From NCBI RefSeq assembly GCF_018977255.1, contig NW_024705494.1, positions 1 to 39,740 of the forward strand: a stretch of DNA of 39,740 bases. The letters run 5' to 3'. Of this stretch, positions 38,660 through 39,740 are shown in pieces. Position 1 is the stretch's first letter, and every line of letters starts with the position of its first letter. The DNA comes from Callorhinchus milii (Eukaryota). Made by a program: the position numbers and the translations under genes. The notes under the pieces are model-generated. The model ran no database searches, was not told the origin of the DNA, and worked only from the letters and a program-made list of their open reading frames with translations.

Positions 38660-39003
38660 GTGAGACTCGCCACAAAGCCCCCGCGCCGTGGGGCGGTCAC
38701 AGGCGCGGCGTCGCGAGGTTCGTGGCTTCTTGTCATTGCACCTGAAGTACCAACCAACCAGAGACAGCACACATGCACTCTCACCACACTTCACAATCAA
38801 GTTTATTTCACAAGCTTAAGCCCATTGAGCTAATGAGCTTTTTAAGGGTGTCTCAGCCAGCAGACATCAGAGCATTCCACAATTACAGATTTAAGAAAAC
38901 CAAACACTTAATAAAACAATTATTTCGTAAAATAATGCTCACACTTCTTACATGTTGTGATTTTCCAAAAATAGTCAGTCTAAATGATTGTAATTTGGTG
39001 CAG

Positions 39004-39140
39004 GTCCAGCATGAGCACCTCCACTACCGCTATGAGGTGCTGAAGAAGATTGGGGAAGGAGGTCAAGGCCAGGTGATCCGGTGCCTTGACCACATGAGGA
39101 ACACCCTGGTGGCCGTGAAGATCTTGGTATCACCATTGAG
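39004..39140 (+). CDS. DYRK4-like copy B, exon for subdomains I-II
   Basis: Acceptor ggtgcag and donor gtaaga. Reads VQHEHLHYRYEVLKKIGEGGQGQVIRCLDHMRNTLVAVKILVSPL, versus class II DYRK VxHDHxAYRYEVLxxIGKGSFGQVxKxxDHK...VALK. Confidence 0.9.
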
Positions 39141-39204
39141 GTAAGAATTCAGAGCGGTGTGTGTCACAAGGACGACGTTGTTGTTCAGTCCTTTGCTGTG
39201 GGCG

Positions 39205-39305
39205 GCCGTGTGATGAGGTGGTGACAACTCGTGCCTCACAGAGGGTCCCCGGTTTGACTCCTGACTCGGTGCCCTCCTGTGTGGTTTGTATGTTCTCCCC
39301 CTGTT
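39205..39305 (+). mobile_element. V-SINE-like fragment
   Basis: tRNA-like head (ggtggtgacaac...gcctcacagagggtccccggtttgactcctg) followed by tgtgtggtttgtatgttctcccc. Confidence 0.6.
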
Positions 39306-39554
39306 CTGGATCAGTTCACTCTACATTACATTAAGTCTTCATTTCACCTGGTAGATGCATTCCTGAAAAGTGCCGCGTTAAGGAAAGCACATTAAGCAAA
39401 CATAATATCCCCGTATATAATGTAACGATAAAGTTTTTCAAGCTATAATACACGCACACAGTGATATGAAGAGACCAATAATGGAGGGTATGCTGTCACG
39501 TCACGTTATAATTCCGCATTCCGCCTACTGTATCATACCGCTCAGCTGCAGTGT

Positions 39555-39740
39555 CATAGCGGGCACATTCCACGTTATAATGTGGGCGCTTTCCTGCATT
39601 ACAACAGATGCATTCCGGATTATAATGGTGCGGTCCGCGTATTAACGGGAGCCTTCCACGTTATAACGGCACGTTCCACGCTATAAAAGGCACGTTCCAC
39701 GCTTTAATGGGGTTGTCCCATGTCATAACGGGCGCGTTCT
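39555..39740. repeat. Degenerate ~20-bp minisatellite (ggcacgttccacgttataac)
   Basis: Repeated ttccacgttataa-like units. The same motif appears at 1-30 and 418-433. Confidence 0.75.

Overview
This is eukaryotic, vertebrate-type genomic DNA (GT-AG introns, tRNA-derived V-SINE-like repeats, GT-rich microsatellites); a lamprey or other aquatic vertebrate is plausible but not provable from the sequence alone. The window holds two partial, same-strand copies of a divergent class II DYRK (DYRK4-like) kinase gene. Copy A has exons at 872-1993 and 23687-26983 and apparently ends in a 36-bp minisatellite encoding an acidic 12-aa repeat. Copy B has N-terminal, DH-box and Gly-loop exons at 37549-39140 and continues beyond the window. 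Between them lies a nested cluster of decayed minus-strand transposons: an AcademX-like element interrupted by a nearly intact OC1/Charlie-type hAT element and by a 5'-truncated Gypsy LTR retrotransposon, followed by an RTE-like LINE fragment. About 21.5 kb (~2010-23500) is featureless and looks statistically random. It has no repeats, no recognisable ORFs, and none of the kinase exons that should lie there. I read it as probably shuffled, synthetic or artefactual, and I found no supportable novel biological system in it.
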